From Octopus sinensis (Eukaryota), in NCBI RefSeq assembly GCF_006345805.1, contig NC_043008.1, positions 45,942,001 through 46,006,000 on the forward strand: a DNA stretch of 64,000 bases. The letters are read 5' to 3'. Positions 29,251 to 42,200 of this stretch are shown here, piece by piece; positions within the stretch are counted from its first letter, which is position 1; each line of letters begins with the position of its first letter. Below the pieces are notes generated by a model. That model did not search any database and was not told the origin of the DNA. It saw only the letters and a program-made list of their open reading frames with translations. The position numbers and the translations under genes were made by a program.

Positions 29251-29253
<3 letters not shown>

Positions 29254-29545
29254 CGTGACCGACCAGGCTATCAGGTGTTGCTACACATCGCTGGTTACAA
29301 TGCGCTTCGCATTGTCTTAGCCTTCAAATGACGCCACCCCTCTGGCTAAGCGAGCAGGCCAACAGAAGTAAGAGTGAGAGAAAGTTGTGGCGAAAGAGTA
29401 CAACAGGGATTGCCACCCCCTGCCGGAGCCTCGTGGAGCTTTAGGTATTTTCGCTCAATAAACACTCACAACGCCCGGTTTGGGAATCGAAACTGCGATT
29501 CTGCAACCACGAGTCCGCTGCTATAACCGCTGGGCCATTGTGCCT

Positions 29546-29547
<2 letters not shown>
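29251..29547 (-). mobile_element. tRNA-derived SINE, family C
   Basis: Minus-strand head GGAGGCACAATGGCCCAGCGG (A box) and GTTTCGATTCC (B box); ends in (TA)n. Confidence 0.75.
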
Positions 29548-29606
<59 letters not shown>

Positions 29607-29757
29607 TGGAGGCCATGAGAGGTTTTGGGGTCAAGAAGACCCCCAAAAGTTTCGGGTAACGCTAAGTAAGTTCTATGGATAGACCATAGTTAAGTTCCAG
29701 GTTCGATAATGCTACGAACGAGGAGTCCAACGTGGGTCATGTATTAGCATGCATATG

Positions 29758-30041
29758 TCTTTATATATAAAAGTCAAGTTGTGTGAGTGTATATTTCCTA
29801 CGATTTAGATTCCTAACTACTCCCACATTGTGCAGTTTAACCAAAAGCGAGTATCTTATAGTCGTGATTCATATCGAGCCCTTCTGGGTATTAGCGCGCG
29901 TCTACGATTTTTAAAAAATTACCATCATTTTTTCCATTTTTAATGCATTTTTTTGCTATTATATAAGGGAAGTAACTCTCTAAAAATGCTTATATAGTTA
30001 TTTCCCTTACAAACCCAAGCAACGCCGGGCGATACTGCTAG
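29758..30041 (+). mobile_element. Short non-autonomous Helitron
   Basis: 5' TCTTTATATATAAAAG; 3' GCAACGCCGGGC...CTGCTAG, the same terminus as 36202-36974; no TSD; AT target imperfect. Confidence 0.6.
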
Positions 30042-30499
30042 AATATATATATAGACAGGATGACTTGTATTCTTCATTCTCTATATTCTTCATTCCACCT
30101 CAATTTTTACTACCGAAACTAATACTCACTTACACATCCCCGTCTCTTAACCTCTCTCTACCTTTTCTATACCCATCCCTTAGTGCAACTCTTTAACACC
30201 ACCCCTACTCGCATACCTCACACTATTTTACTCCTTACCCTCTCATCTCTTCCTCTCTCTCCCCATCATTTCTCCTTTCCTCCTATCATTTTATCCTGAC
30301 CACTACCTAACGCACCCTCTCTCATTTTGTTCTCTCTTTCTTCATTTCTGTTTTGTCTCTCATTTTCTTTTTTCTCCTTCCTCCTATTCTCTCTTCCTGT
30401 TTGTTATTTGACCTGTCTCCTCTTTCTCATCAAACACGTCTCTCCTCCCTCCATACATCCATTAATATTACAAACACATTCCCAAATTTTAATTGACAC

Positions 30500-30793
30500 C
30501 AAAATCCTCTCGATCGAACAACACTGTTTACAAGGCTCTATGCATGGAATGACCAAATATATCTACCATTGGAACTCACACACAAGGTGCAGGAAACTTC
30601 TTCACAACTTAAATATACACCATTCTACTTGGATAATGAAACTGCAAAAACAATATCCTTATGTATATCACTTATATTTTCATTCACTTACTTGCCTCTG
30701 TATTTCATATCTACAATAGTTGATACTCAAACATATTTTCGCACAGTCTATAATGAAGGGATATATAAAATATCCAGGAAACAGCTGTAAGAC
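30500..30793 (+). mobile_element. PLE 3' remnant: possible GIY-YIG relic followed by a dead minimal hammerhead
   Basis: NTVYKA...IGT relic at ~30520-30575; GTCT-ATAATGA-AG-GGATA..TATCC-AG-GAA-ACAGCTGT-A-AGAC at 30746-30793. Confidence 0.45.
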
Positions 30794-30985
30794 CTTTTCT
30801 TTATAAATGTTCTGAAAAATATTTACAGCCTTGGATTTTTTATCTCATTCTGTCAATTTCTATATATATATATGTGTGTGCGTTTGTGTGTGTGTGTGTG
30901 TGTGCGTGTGAGAGCGTGTGTTTACGTAGGGGAATATTCCTTGTGTTGTATATCTTGTATATATGCATATGTTTTTTTATTTTGT

Positions 30986-31026
<41 letters not shown>

Positions 31027-31494
31027 TACATATATTTGTCTTTAATAATATACATTGATTCCAAATTTTGGTACAAGACCAGCAATTTCCAAGAGAGAGA
31101 AAATCGGTTACATCGAGCCCGTTGTTCGACTGTTCGTTATTTTGTACCTGACGTTTTCCAAATCTGGACTTGTATATTACTAGCCGCAATATACAAGAGA
31201 TAAAAAGGAAGATATTCCCTTGCTTATTTGCAACAATTAGCTCGCTATTAATTAACCAATATATGAAAGAATTTTTTTCCGAAAAAACAGCTATAAATAA
31301 ATTATAAATAAGTGTCATAAATATGTTGGCTGGAAGAAAAGAGTCCTTATATGGAAGAAAAGAGCCGAGGTCTATCACTAAAATTTGGACTGGCAGGTTC
31401 TATTACTTATAAAGGTATTCGCTTCAAGGCAAACTGTTAAGTGCAACATATTTATATATACGTGCATTTGTGTTTTAGATGTGTATATAGCATG

Positions 31495-31580
<86 letters not shown>

Positions 31581-31584
<4 letters not shown>

Positions 31585-31908
31585 TAAGACTCCGCCGGTT
31601 ACGACGACGAGGGTCCCAGCTGATACGATCAACGGAACAGCTTGCTCGTGAAATTAACGTGCAAATGGCTGAGCATTCCACAGACACGTGTACCCTTAAC
31701 GTAGTTCTCGGGGATAATCAGCGTGACACAGAGAGTGACAAGGCTGACCCTTTGAAATACAAGTACAACTCATTTTTGCCAGCTGAGTGGACTGGAGCAA
31801 CGTGAAATAAAGTGTCTTGCTCAAGGACACAACGCGTCGCCGGGAATCGAACTCACAACCTTACGATCATGAGCCGAATGCCCTAACCACTAAGCCACGC
31901 GCCCTCAC
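31581..31908 (-). mobile_element. tRNA-derived SINE, family D (young copy)
   Basis: A box TGGCTTAGTGG, B box GTTCGATTCC, CORE-like GTGTCCTTGAGCAAGACACTT; 321 bp (31588-31908) appear identical to 58166-58486. Confidence 0.9.
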
Positions 31909-31921
31909 TATATATATATAT

Positions 31922-32112
31922 AAGCCGTTCGATTCACTTCAACATTTAAGTTTAATTTGTCAAAATATTTTCGTCGCTAAAATCCGCGACCTGTTCACTG
32001 ACAAAAATCCGTGAGATGCAGCACGGATTTTTGTCAGTGAACAGGTCGCGGATTTTAGCGACGAAAATATTTTGACAAATTAAACTAAATGTTGAAGTGA
32101 ATCGAACGGCTT
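31922..32112. ncRNA. Near-perfect palindrome carrying two outward-facing minimal type I hammerheads with G3-C8 core
   Basis: Arms 31922-32013 and 32022-32112, 8-nt spacer, one indel. Right arm (+): TTTGTCA-GTGAACA-G-GTCGC-ggatttta-GCGAC-GAA-AATATT-T-TGACAAA (32030-32079); exact reverse complement at 31956-32005. Confidence 0.65.
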
Positions 32113-32216
32113 TTATGTGTTTCTTAAATGGCTTACAAACACCTTCCACGCTGCAATTGCTTTCGTTTCAGCACACGATCTCAGATCAAATCACTTGCCA
32201 TGCAAGTACATCTCCG

Positions 32217-32322
<106 letters not shown>

Positions 32323-32692
32323 CGTACCATACAGTGAAAACTCTCTCATGTCTGTGTGTACACATATGTTGTAGATGTATAACATGTGTGTGTGTACGAT
32401 TGGATGTACAGTAGATGTTTTACTAAGAGTATGACTATGAAAATGCAAAACACAAAAGTAAATTTAATGTTAATCTTGATAAAAACAAAATATAATTCTA
32501 CATAAAAGCATCGCATAAAAAATATATAAGCGTAGAAAGAATATCGCATTTTACAAATTGCTCTTTTACGAAAAATCATTTGGTTTTTTTCTTTTTGCAT
32601 GAAATAGAATTTTCTTAATACAAATTGATGTTTTGATGCTTTTTACATCATGTATGCCCTTGTTGTTGAAGATATGTATACATACAGAGAAG

Positions 32693-32727
<35 letters not shown>

Positions 32728-33339
32728 TACATACAAACATATATATATGTGTGTGTGTATGTGTGTGTGTGTGAATGCGTGTGTGTGTTTGTGTATGCAA
32801 GCATGTAACTGAACAAATATAACTGCGCATCATTTTTGCGCTTCTTTTTCTACGAACAATCTACTTGTAAATTACAAATATGTCTACGAACATGGAGAAA
32901 TTTTCTGCCTGGCATTAGTGATTCCTCTCAATCAATTTATGATAAAATAAACTTATCTGACATGAATGTACTAAATAGCATTAGCTAAAGTGCTGTTGAT
33001 TTTCCTTTCTATTTAATGTATATTAAACAAGAATGCGAGGAAGAGAACATAAATAGTGTCGAAAGAAGGGTCACATTTGAGAAGATATGAACTTTTAAAC
33101 ACTGTATCGTATCACTGTTTAACTTTTGATCTTTTTCTCTCATTAATCGCGTTTCTCTGTTATGATAAACAGTTTCCTTGATAAAATTCTTCTTTCCATA
33201 CACAAAACATAAACAACACATCTAGTATTCTATGACTCTCCCCAGACACAACAGAATATGCTTCAACACACGAACTCATATAAAGAATCTTTCAAACAAA
33301 ATCCCAAAACGAAACACATCTAGTATTTTTCCTCTTTGT

Positions 33340-34160
33340 TTCTTCTATCAGTGGACCACGAATAATCTACCAGGATGATTGCCACATCAGTTCAAATAAG
33401 GCTTACCGATCGTCACATCTAACGGATCGGTACATCAGTTCCATGAGGCCCAACCGGTTTCCGTCTGCAATTCGTTGCAGAAACGGGAAGAAGACAATAA
33501 TTTCCTGAAGAAAATGGCGAGAGGGCGTAAAAATGGTAGGTCTATAATAATGTGAATCGCAAACAACCATGAGGGGAGCGCGGTGAACAATCACAAATAT
33601 CCTACAACGAAGCGCTTAACTCGAAGAATGTTATGCTTTCAATTTCGTGGAATAAGAAGGGTCTTGTATTTTACGAGCTTCTTATAGGCAGGCCCATCAA
33701 TTGGCATATGTTCTGCTGTGACCAGTAGGACAAATTAAACGCAGCTATCCACCAGAAAGGCCCAGTACCTCGTAAGGCCACTTATTCTCTTTCATCGCGT
33801 CAGTGCCCTACCGCACACTTCTTATAGAGGTGGAAGAACTTTCTGAATATTGGCCAACACATTTTGCGACACACTCCATATTCGCCTAATCTTGCCCCAT
33901 CAGATTTTTATACATTTCAGTCTTTTAAAATGCATTCAACGGACAGACCTTTAATTCTGAAGAGGATGTAAAAATTCACCGTTCAAGACAGAAAATTCGT
34001 TGATCAGAAAATAAGGGATCTGCCCACAAGATGGCAGAAGATACTGGGACGAAGCGTTAAATTGATTAGATAAATCACCTTGTGCTACAAACTTGTACCT
34101 TATTTTCGATTCTATTCGGAGATTCTCCTGAACTGATGATTTGCGTATACCTGTAGCCAC
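33340..34160 (+). mobile_element. Degraded mariner (DD34D-like) transposase remnant
   Basis: VPHE-like start, FLKKM..G..KW..YNN, KNVMLSISWNKKGLVFYELL, PYSPNLAPSDF (~33879) and IRDLPTRWQK. Confidence 0.75.
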
Positions 34161-34706
34161 AAGCTGATCTTAGATATTGTATATATTTAGCATTATCCGT
34201 TATAGAATATTAGTAACATCTCAATAAATGTAGAGGAGGGTACCTACACGTGGTTGCGTGACCTGAGAGAAGCAGCAACTGTAATTCGCACAGCCATAAG
34301 CTAACACCATAAACATTACAGAATATAGTGCAGGTTGTATCTCTGTAAACAAGGACATCTGAAAAATAAAAAACATAGTCACTGACGTGAAGTTAAGCTT
34401 TGTCTAAGCAAACAGCACCAACAACACTAATAAGAATAAAAATAATTAAATATGTGTAATAGTACGAAACTAGTGCTCAGAATATGATTTATAAAATGAA
34501 ACCAGGAGTTCTTTAGAAATATTCGGAGGTATATTTCTGCTTTTGTTTCCTGTATTCATTTTATTATGTTTGTGGGTTAAATTGCAGGAGAGCAATCAGC
34601 AGAACATCTAAACATGTAATACATAAACACTCACATCCATAGAAAAAACAAGGTTACAGACGCTCACACACACATACACACCTTCATATTTAGACACAAT
34701 ATTGAA

Positions 34707-35670
34707 TACGAGGTGGTATCAAAACGTTTCCGAACTAGTTTTGTAGCGCGCCAACAGATGGCAGCACCTTTATGAGGTGGTGTGCTGAGTATCCTCAGTA
34801 TGTTTACTTTGCAAGTTGTGAAATTTGTATTTTCGTGATCACGTGTATGTTGTAATCTGCGATTTTCCTCGTGGACAGGAAGTTGAAACACAGAGCCAGC
34901 GTGAAATGTTCGGCAATCCTAAAGTCTGAATTCAACATGCGGTCTGTCTGCCAAGGGTGTTCCCCGTCCGCTGACCACTGAGCAGAAAGAACATTTTCAT
35001 CGAAATCTGCCAACAGCTGCGTCATCTTCCTTCATGTCGAGAACTATCACCGATGACGAGAGTTGGTTCTCCGAGTAGGACCCTGAGACGAAGCAGCAGT
35101 TGTCACAATGGAAGATGCCTTCATCCCGACGACGGAAGAAGGCACGACAGAGCTGCAACTCAATCAAGAGTGTGCTCATGGCTTGTTTTCGACATCCGTG
35201 GTTATTGTGCATCGAGAATTCGTCTCCCAGGGCCAGATCATCAATCAACAGTTCTACGGCGACGTTTTGAAGTGTTTGAGGGAGAATATTCAGCGCGAAG
35301 AATTGAATTCTTCACGACGACCCTGCACCCTGTGCCCGAGCCCTCCTCACTCGTCAGTTTCTTGCCAAAAGCAATAAGGTGTCACTTCCACACCTGCGCT
35401 ATTCGCTAGATTTAGCATCTACGGACTTTCATCTCCTCTCTAAGATGGAAACGTAGCTCTCAGGTCGCCGTTTTAACCCTGCTATCAAAATGTAGAGCAT
35501 ATCAAAGAAGATCCTCGACTTGCTTTCGGAAAACGACTTCCTGGCCGAATTCCAAATGACCGGAACGCTGGGACCGGTGTATCAAGGTGACTATTTCGAA
35601 AAAGATGATGCTGAAACTTAACTAAATAAGATATTTTTTAGTCTATGTAACTTGTCCGGTAACTTTCTGT
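34707..35670 (+). mobile_element. Internally deleted mariner element
   Basis: 5' TIR-like TACGAGGTGGTATCAAAACGTTTCCGAACT; VPRPLTTEQK, ITDDESW..E.DPETKQQ.SQW, IVHREFV.QGQ.IN..FY, LHDDPAP and YSLDLASTDF (~35400); 3' TIR degenerate. Confidence 0.75.
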
Positions 35671-35999
35671 GTTTGGACGCAATAACTTTTAATAAACGAT
35701 TGATTGTAAACAAAATAAACAACCACGAAACATTTTTTTCTGTGAATATGTCCGTGTTAGCTTCCCATAAATTATAAAATTTATATCCACTCACTCCAAA
35801 CTTCGTTTCACGTTGAACATATTCTATTTATACACCCATGCTGCTTCATTTTTGCTGAAGTAGAAATCTCTTAAACATCACTAGCCATTGTATCGATAGA
35901 TGTTTTGATTATTCGAACCCACCAGTGTCAGTGATTCTTCCTCTTTCCTCTCTCATTTTGCATCATTCAGAAGACGATTTTTTAATATAACGGAATTAT

Positions 36000-36198
36000 A
36001 TGGGGCGGCGACAGAATCCGTAGCAGACTGGGCAAATTGCTCGGTAGCATTTCATTCGTCTTTACAGTTTCAGTGTAAATTCTGGCAAGGTCGCCTTTGC
36101 TTTTCATCCTTTCAAGGTCAATAAAATAAATCCCAGTTGAGCCCTGGGGTGGATTTAATCGACTTACCCTCTCCTCTGTACCAAACGTTGAAACTAAT
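36000..36198 (+). mobile_element. SINE family B, degraded
   Basis: GCAGAATC.GTAGCA..CTGGGC.AA.TGC..G.GGTATTTC...GCCTTTGCTTTTCATCCTTTC...TAATCGACTTACCC. Confidence 0.65.
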
Positions 36199-36201
36199 AT
36201 A

Positions 36202-36974
36202 TCTTTCTCTATATAAAAGACAGTTTGTTTGTCTGTGTGTCTGTTTGTGTCTCATGCCATTTTGGGAAATCGCATTCAAATTGAAGATGACATATTTTCG
36301 ACAATATCTTTAACAAATTGGCAGGAATTTCTTTTTAAATTCACAGCGAGCATCATGTCTGCTCCAGGAGCTATATGGCCCTTTTTATTCCAATAGGATA
36401 CTTTATTACTGGAAAAAATTGGTTAATTAAATCATATGTGACACACATAGCAAACCGATTTGTGTATTAAACACAAACCACAGACTATCTAGGGGACGCA
36501 ACTCGACCGTCTTTAACTCTTACTCCCCGAAATAACTATAAAACAGCTATCAATAATTCAGCCCACAGGAGGAAATCTAGACTTAATCTTCAAGGTATCC
36601 CACATACAAAGCAAAGGTCACATCGAAACCTCCAGACTAATCTAAGTTTTGGTAAACCAATTCCTACCAGGAAGAAATTACATTCAAAACTTTATCTCCC
36701 AACACCGCCAGTCCATCAATAAAGCCCAAGGCCAAATGCTACAAGTCACTGGGTTACATTTGGGCGAACAGTGCTTCGCCCACGGTCAACTCTACGTGGG
36801 CTGTTCACGCGTTGGGAGGCGCAATGATATTTTCATGTTTTCGCCCAAAGGGACAGCTAGGAACGTCGTATACACCTGCGCCTTCGTTCCCGAGAGGGAA
36901 AGGACTAGATCGGGATTAGTCGTTGCCTACTAGAGGCTCTGACATACTCGGGCAACGCCGGGCTATGCTGCTAG
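36202..36974 (+). mobile_element. Non-autonomous Helitron with a PIF1-type helicase C-terminal relic
   Basis: Inserted between A36201 and T36975; 5' TC, 3' CTAG with subterminal GGGCAACGCC hairpin; SINKAQGQML..TGLHL...FAHGQLYVGCSRV...RNVVY corresponds to RepHel helicase motifs V/VI. Confidence 0.85.
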
Positions 36975-39017
36975 TCGGAAATATAAAGAGACACTACGTC
37001 CTTGCAATTTGAAATAAAATATCGGAGGATCTCCGGTGCTCTGTTTTGAGTGAACAGAATCTTGGTAATAAATGATCAATCGACAGAACTATTTCCGGTC
37101 GAAAGAGAAACAATGAGGTGAAACGAATGCTTGAGATTAACAGTTATTTAGCAAATTAGAAATCGCTTAAAGATTCAAGACAAAATTTGTATTCATCAGT
37201 ATTGTTCTGTAACAAAGATGAGTGAGAATTTCCTAAATGCAGAAGATTTTTTATTCTACATTGTTTTTAAAGCGGAATTGCCAACGTGAGAACTATTCAG
37301 AAGTAATTAAGTTATATCGTTTACTATATTTTATACATTAGACGTAAAGAATTGATCATTGTATTAAATTATAGTAATTTAATTAAACAGGTGTTTACAA
37401 TATAATTATCGATTATAATATCTTTCAGAATTTCTATCACAAGAGAATCAAATAAAATTAAAGATTTTTTTCTAATATTTTTCCAGCTTTCCATTTTATC
37501 ATTAAGACTCCAGTTGTTATGTAAACATTTTTAATAAATCTTTATCTGTACGACTGCATTAAAGAAACGTTTTCTAAGAATGGTATTGGATATATCTTTA
37601 TGTCACCTGACAAATTCCGGAATTAATTGAATTTAATTTCTTATCTGGAATCCTGCGAAAACAATTTACTATTAGTTGTTTCGTCAGTGATTCTTCTCAA
37701 CATTTCTTTCTCCGTAAGTCGGAAAGCTATAAACTTTGAGTTGGTCCAACGCATACCGTAAATAAGGAAACTCTCCAGGAGATTCTTCTTACAGGTATAT
37801 GTCAGGTTTTAACCAAATTTCCTTTGCAATGATTTGGCTGGTTTCCATTTCGAAACGTTGATATCATTTTTTAGTATTGATTAGTATTTTTAGACCTTGC
37901 GCAGAGAAGCTCAGTATGACAAAATTCTGTGAAGTTTCCTAAATTATAAATATGAGAACTATAAAAATCAAAACGTATGAATATATACCTTGCTGTGGAT
38001 TTCCGAGATGACTTTCTCATACAAAGAGTCCAGCGATTGTAAGTATATACAGGGGGGGGGGTATAGGAAGAAAGCCAGAAGTAACAGTGAATGACAACAA
38101 ATCTCATAAGAAAAAAAATCTATTTTATTATTATTATTATTATTATTATTGGTTTTAAGGATACGTACTAACAGAATAGTTCGCACGTCGTCTTTACGTT
38201 CTGAACTCAAATTTCGGAGTGGCTGGGTGGCTCTCTTTGCTAATCTTAGCTATGCCATTTGCAATTTCCTTTAATCGTGATTCACTGTAACTGCGTTGAA
38301 CATAATGGTGTACAAAGGCATTTACATGTTTCCAATAATCCCCTGCAATTACAAAACCGTTTTATCCTCAAAAATTGGGGTTTCGGACTTGACCGAAAAT
38401 ATATACAACCGTTAAGAATGAAATGAACAAGTAAAAGATGCTTTGGACAATTTTTACCAGCTCCGTTACTATTTATGATCTGATATTTATGATACGATAT
38501 GATAGGATATATCAATAAGTTTAGAGCCACGAATGGATGTTACAATGAGGCGATCAAATGGATGCACCGTTTTATCTTTTACCTATTTAAGAGTAATCAA
38601 TACTGAACAAAAGTTTAAGTGATGGTGGAAGAAGGACTTAAACAGGCATGCAACTACACATTAAGTTGGTGCTATACCGATTTCAATGCTTATTTCAGTT
38701 GAATATATTATATTTGAAGTTTGAAATGAAGTTAATTCTTAAAAAATAACATTTTTAGTTGCTGTTATGGAATCTGGCTACTGATAATATCTCTGAGATT
38801 AAATCAAATTGAGAATTGCCATAGATCCTTTGATGTCTGCAAATTACTTCCATATTGTCTTCAGGCAATTTGCCAAAGAAAGTGATTCTACAAACTAAGA
38901 AGAGAAGCAGAATACACTTCGCATTGCATTTCCTCCTTGCCTCTTTTGATGTCTGTTAAATTGCAGCAGAGGATGAGAAATACTTCTCAGAATTTTATTC
39001 GATATCTAATAGCTCAT

Positions 39018-39019
39018 GT

Positions 39020-39104
<85 letters not shown>

Positions 39105-39114
39105 TTATCTATCC

Positions 39115-39153
<39 letters not shown>

Positions 39154-39200
39154 CATCTATCTATTTATTTATCTATCAATCTATTTATATATCGATCTAT
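39018..39200. repeat. (TATC)n microsatellite
   Basis: Directly visible. Confidence 0.95.
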
Positions 39201-39239
39201 CTGTGCAAGTCTATGTGTTATATATATATATATACATAA

Positions 39240-39270
<31 letters not shown>

Positions 39271-42200
39271 CATATATAAGCACAATGTATACGTATGCAT
39301 GTATACTTAAGTGTATATATGCATGCGTATGTATATGTGTATGCATGTTTATAAATATATGTGTGCGCTTGTTGTGTTAGCACACACACATATATACAGT
39401 CTTAATTTCATTATCTCTCCCATATTTTGAGAGATTCTTCTCTCTGCTTACGTCATCAGCAGATGTTTCCTATTGCAGCCAGTCTTCCTTAGCTACACTG
39501 CATCGAAGTAGATTTTTCCCAGAACATTCTTGATGTAAGTATACTCAGTATTCAAAATTACCTCGTTGCTCAACCTTTCCGACGAAACTCATTTTCCATA
39601 AACCTTCGTACATGACACAGTTACCTGCTGAAAACGTGTACCACACTTCATTTATACCTCCACAACGTGTCATTCTTATTTAAGTCTGCATAGTGCGATT
39701 TGTAAGTTCTGATGTAGACAATAACAGCTTTGTCTCGCAGAGAACCTGTAATGTCTTGTAATTAGTTGTCAAACAGTTTTCAAATGTTGAATTGCAAAAC
39801 CCTGCGTTAGATTTGTACACGAAACCAATGTCACTGTGATATATCGAGATTTTTGATCGATTATCTTTTCTTCTACGTTTTTGAACAAGTGATTTTCTCG
39901 GGCGGTGTTAAGCCTAAAGGCTTGCGATATTCAGTCAAGGTCACTCATCGATGTTACACAGAAGCGGAAATTATCAATACGAATACAGAAGATAAACTAT
40001 TTTACCAAAATGCCAGTTACCTGTCTCAATGGAATTCCGTGCGTGTTCTGAATAACAGTGGGTCCCACAACTGAATATTTGAACAATGAGGATACCTGTA
40101 TACTTCATATAACACCATTCTCTTTTATAAAGAAAAAAAATTGGAAATATAGAATAGAGGTTAAAACAGATTAACAATGTGGATATAAAGGACAAGAAGG
40201 CTAAGCTGGACTGCTGACGTTGTGCACAAAAAGTGGCGTCCGGGTTCGTCCCCTGATCTATGACTTTTCATTTATGAAAGGACTTACTTTTAAAAGTGTG
40301 ATGCGAATCCAGAATGTGCAAGTGACATTATAGCTACATACCCCTCCATTCAGAACATCAAAATTTTCCAGTTTATGGACGCTGGATTTTGTTATTCGAC
40401 GAGCAATTCAAGTTTTCTTAACCTATACGGTTACTCTTCCTAATTATAACCCACGTTTTGCTGCTGTGTAGAATCAGATGTTCTGACTTATCATTGTTGG
40501 TATTCAAGCACTTAAGCTCTTACTTTGTATCGCTATGAAATCTCTTTTCCTCCCTCCCTCTGTAAATGTATACGCATATGTGAGCACGTGTGTGTGTGTG
40601 TTTACTAATGATATTTACTGCAGCTTCGAAGATTCATCGTTGAGCACGCCAGTGTGCAGGCACCCCAACCCGCCGGCTAACAACTCTACGAAGTCGATGT
40701 TCTTAAAATTTTTAAAGACTCAGACTTTATACTTATGGTGAATCCTTTCTCCAGCAGCTTAACATAGCTGCCTCAATTGGGCCTAAGGTCTCGCTCAAAG
40801 TTGTGGAGCGGCATCAAGCCACCCCTACAGGAATCCAAAATACCATCATATTTTGAGGAGAATTGTTTGTTGCTGTGTCCATCACACATCTTCCAGCCTT
40901 TCCAGTGTTCACAGGGCGTTGAGCCGCAGTCGTGATGTGAGAAAACGTAATAGACGACGCGACTCATCATGCTACATGTATATGTTTTTCAAATTTTCAG
41001 CTGGCTTCCATTCCTCCATGTTAGCTAACATTTTTCTGAACTATAACTTTAATCTTTATGCTCTCCAGTGCCGTTGACTTTTCACTAATACATGAAGTTT
41101 TTCTTTCGAAACGAGTCATAAAATACCAACTTTCGCCTGACCAGACTGCATTTGTGTGTATGTGTGTATGAGAGCGTGTATTTAGCAGAGATCAGTACGA
41201 ACTAGTTGTGCAGTTGAATAGACTTTAACATGTGAACCAACAAAATGTAAATAATTTTATATTCTGTGTATCGTTTGCAATGTATGAGATTTAATGTTTC
41301 ATCTAGAAAAGTAGGTATATGATGGGAAAAATATCGGATTTGTCAGCCTCATTTGCTTCCTATAGCAAGGATAGAAACGTATTGATTATGTTATTCTTCA
41401 CCTGAAACCTATAAATACTTTGAGGCACAGATAATTGCAAACGAAAACGATCTGCATCGGAATATATTTACTCTTGTTTGTATTCAATCATTGTTTAACT
41501 CTTACATTCACAATCTGTATTATCGAATTGATATTCCGATATATCTCTACCGTTTCTACTATTGGTGATTTGGATAAATGCGTATAATTCTTATTGTGGT
41601 AGAAACATTGATACGTAACAGATCAAACATATTACATGACTAAAGGCTGAATTACATTTAACCAATAATACCTAACGTGGGCCACAATTTGAAGAGAGAG
41701 AGTTTGATTCTACTTTCAAAAGTCGTTTCTATAGTTATGCTAAGACTGTCTATTAGGTTATTCTAGTCATTTGACACAGTTATTAAATCCACAATCGTCA
41801 TTAATGAAGAGCAATAATTAGGAATTTCTGATTCATGCGATTAAAGTGGAAGTTAGAATTACGTTATTCGCCTTTGTTAATATACGAATCGCTTCTAGGT
41901 AGAGAGTAACGATAAATAGCTTCAACTTTATAATATACCTCTAGGTTTATTTACAAGGACTTTGTTTGAGAGTATCAAATAAAAATATATTGTCGGTATT
42001 CAAATCTTCGTCATTAACAGTAGGCATTCTTGCGAGAATTTCCAAGTGTTAGCCTCCCACATCGTCTATTAATAAACAATACAGTGATTGTAATAATAGA
42101 AAAGGTTGTACGATTGTTAAAATGGATAAGCTCAACTGAAGCAGTTGAACAATCGGATTTAGTTAATCGCGTCCGAGAACGAAGAAACTGGCTTCTGAAT

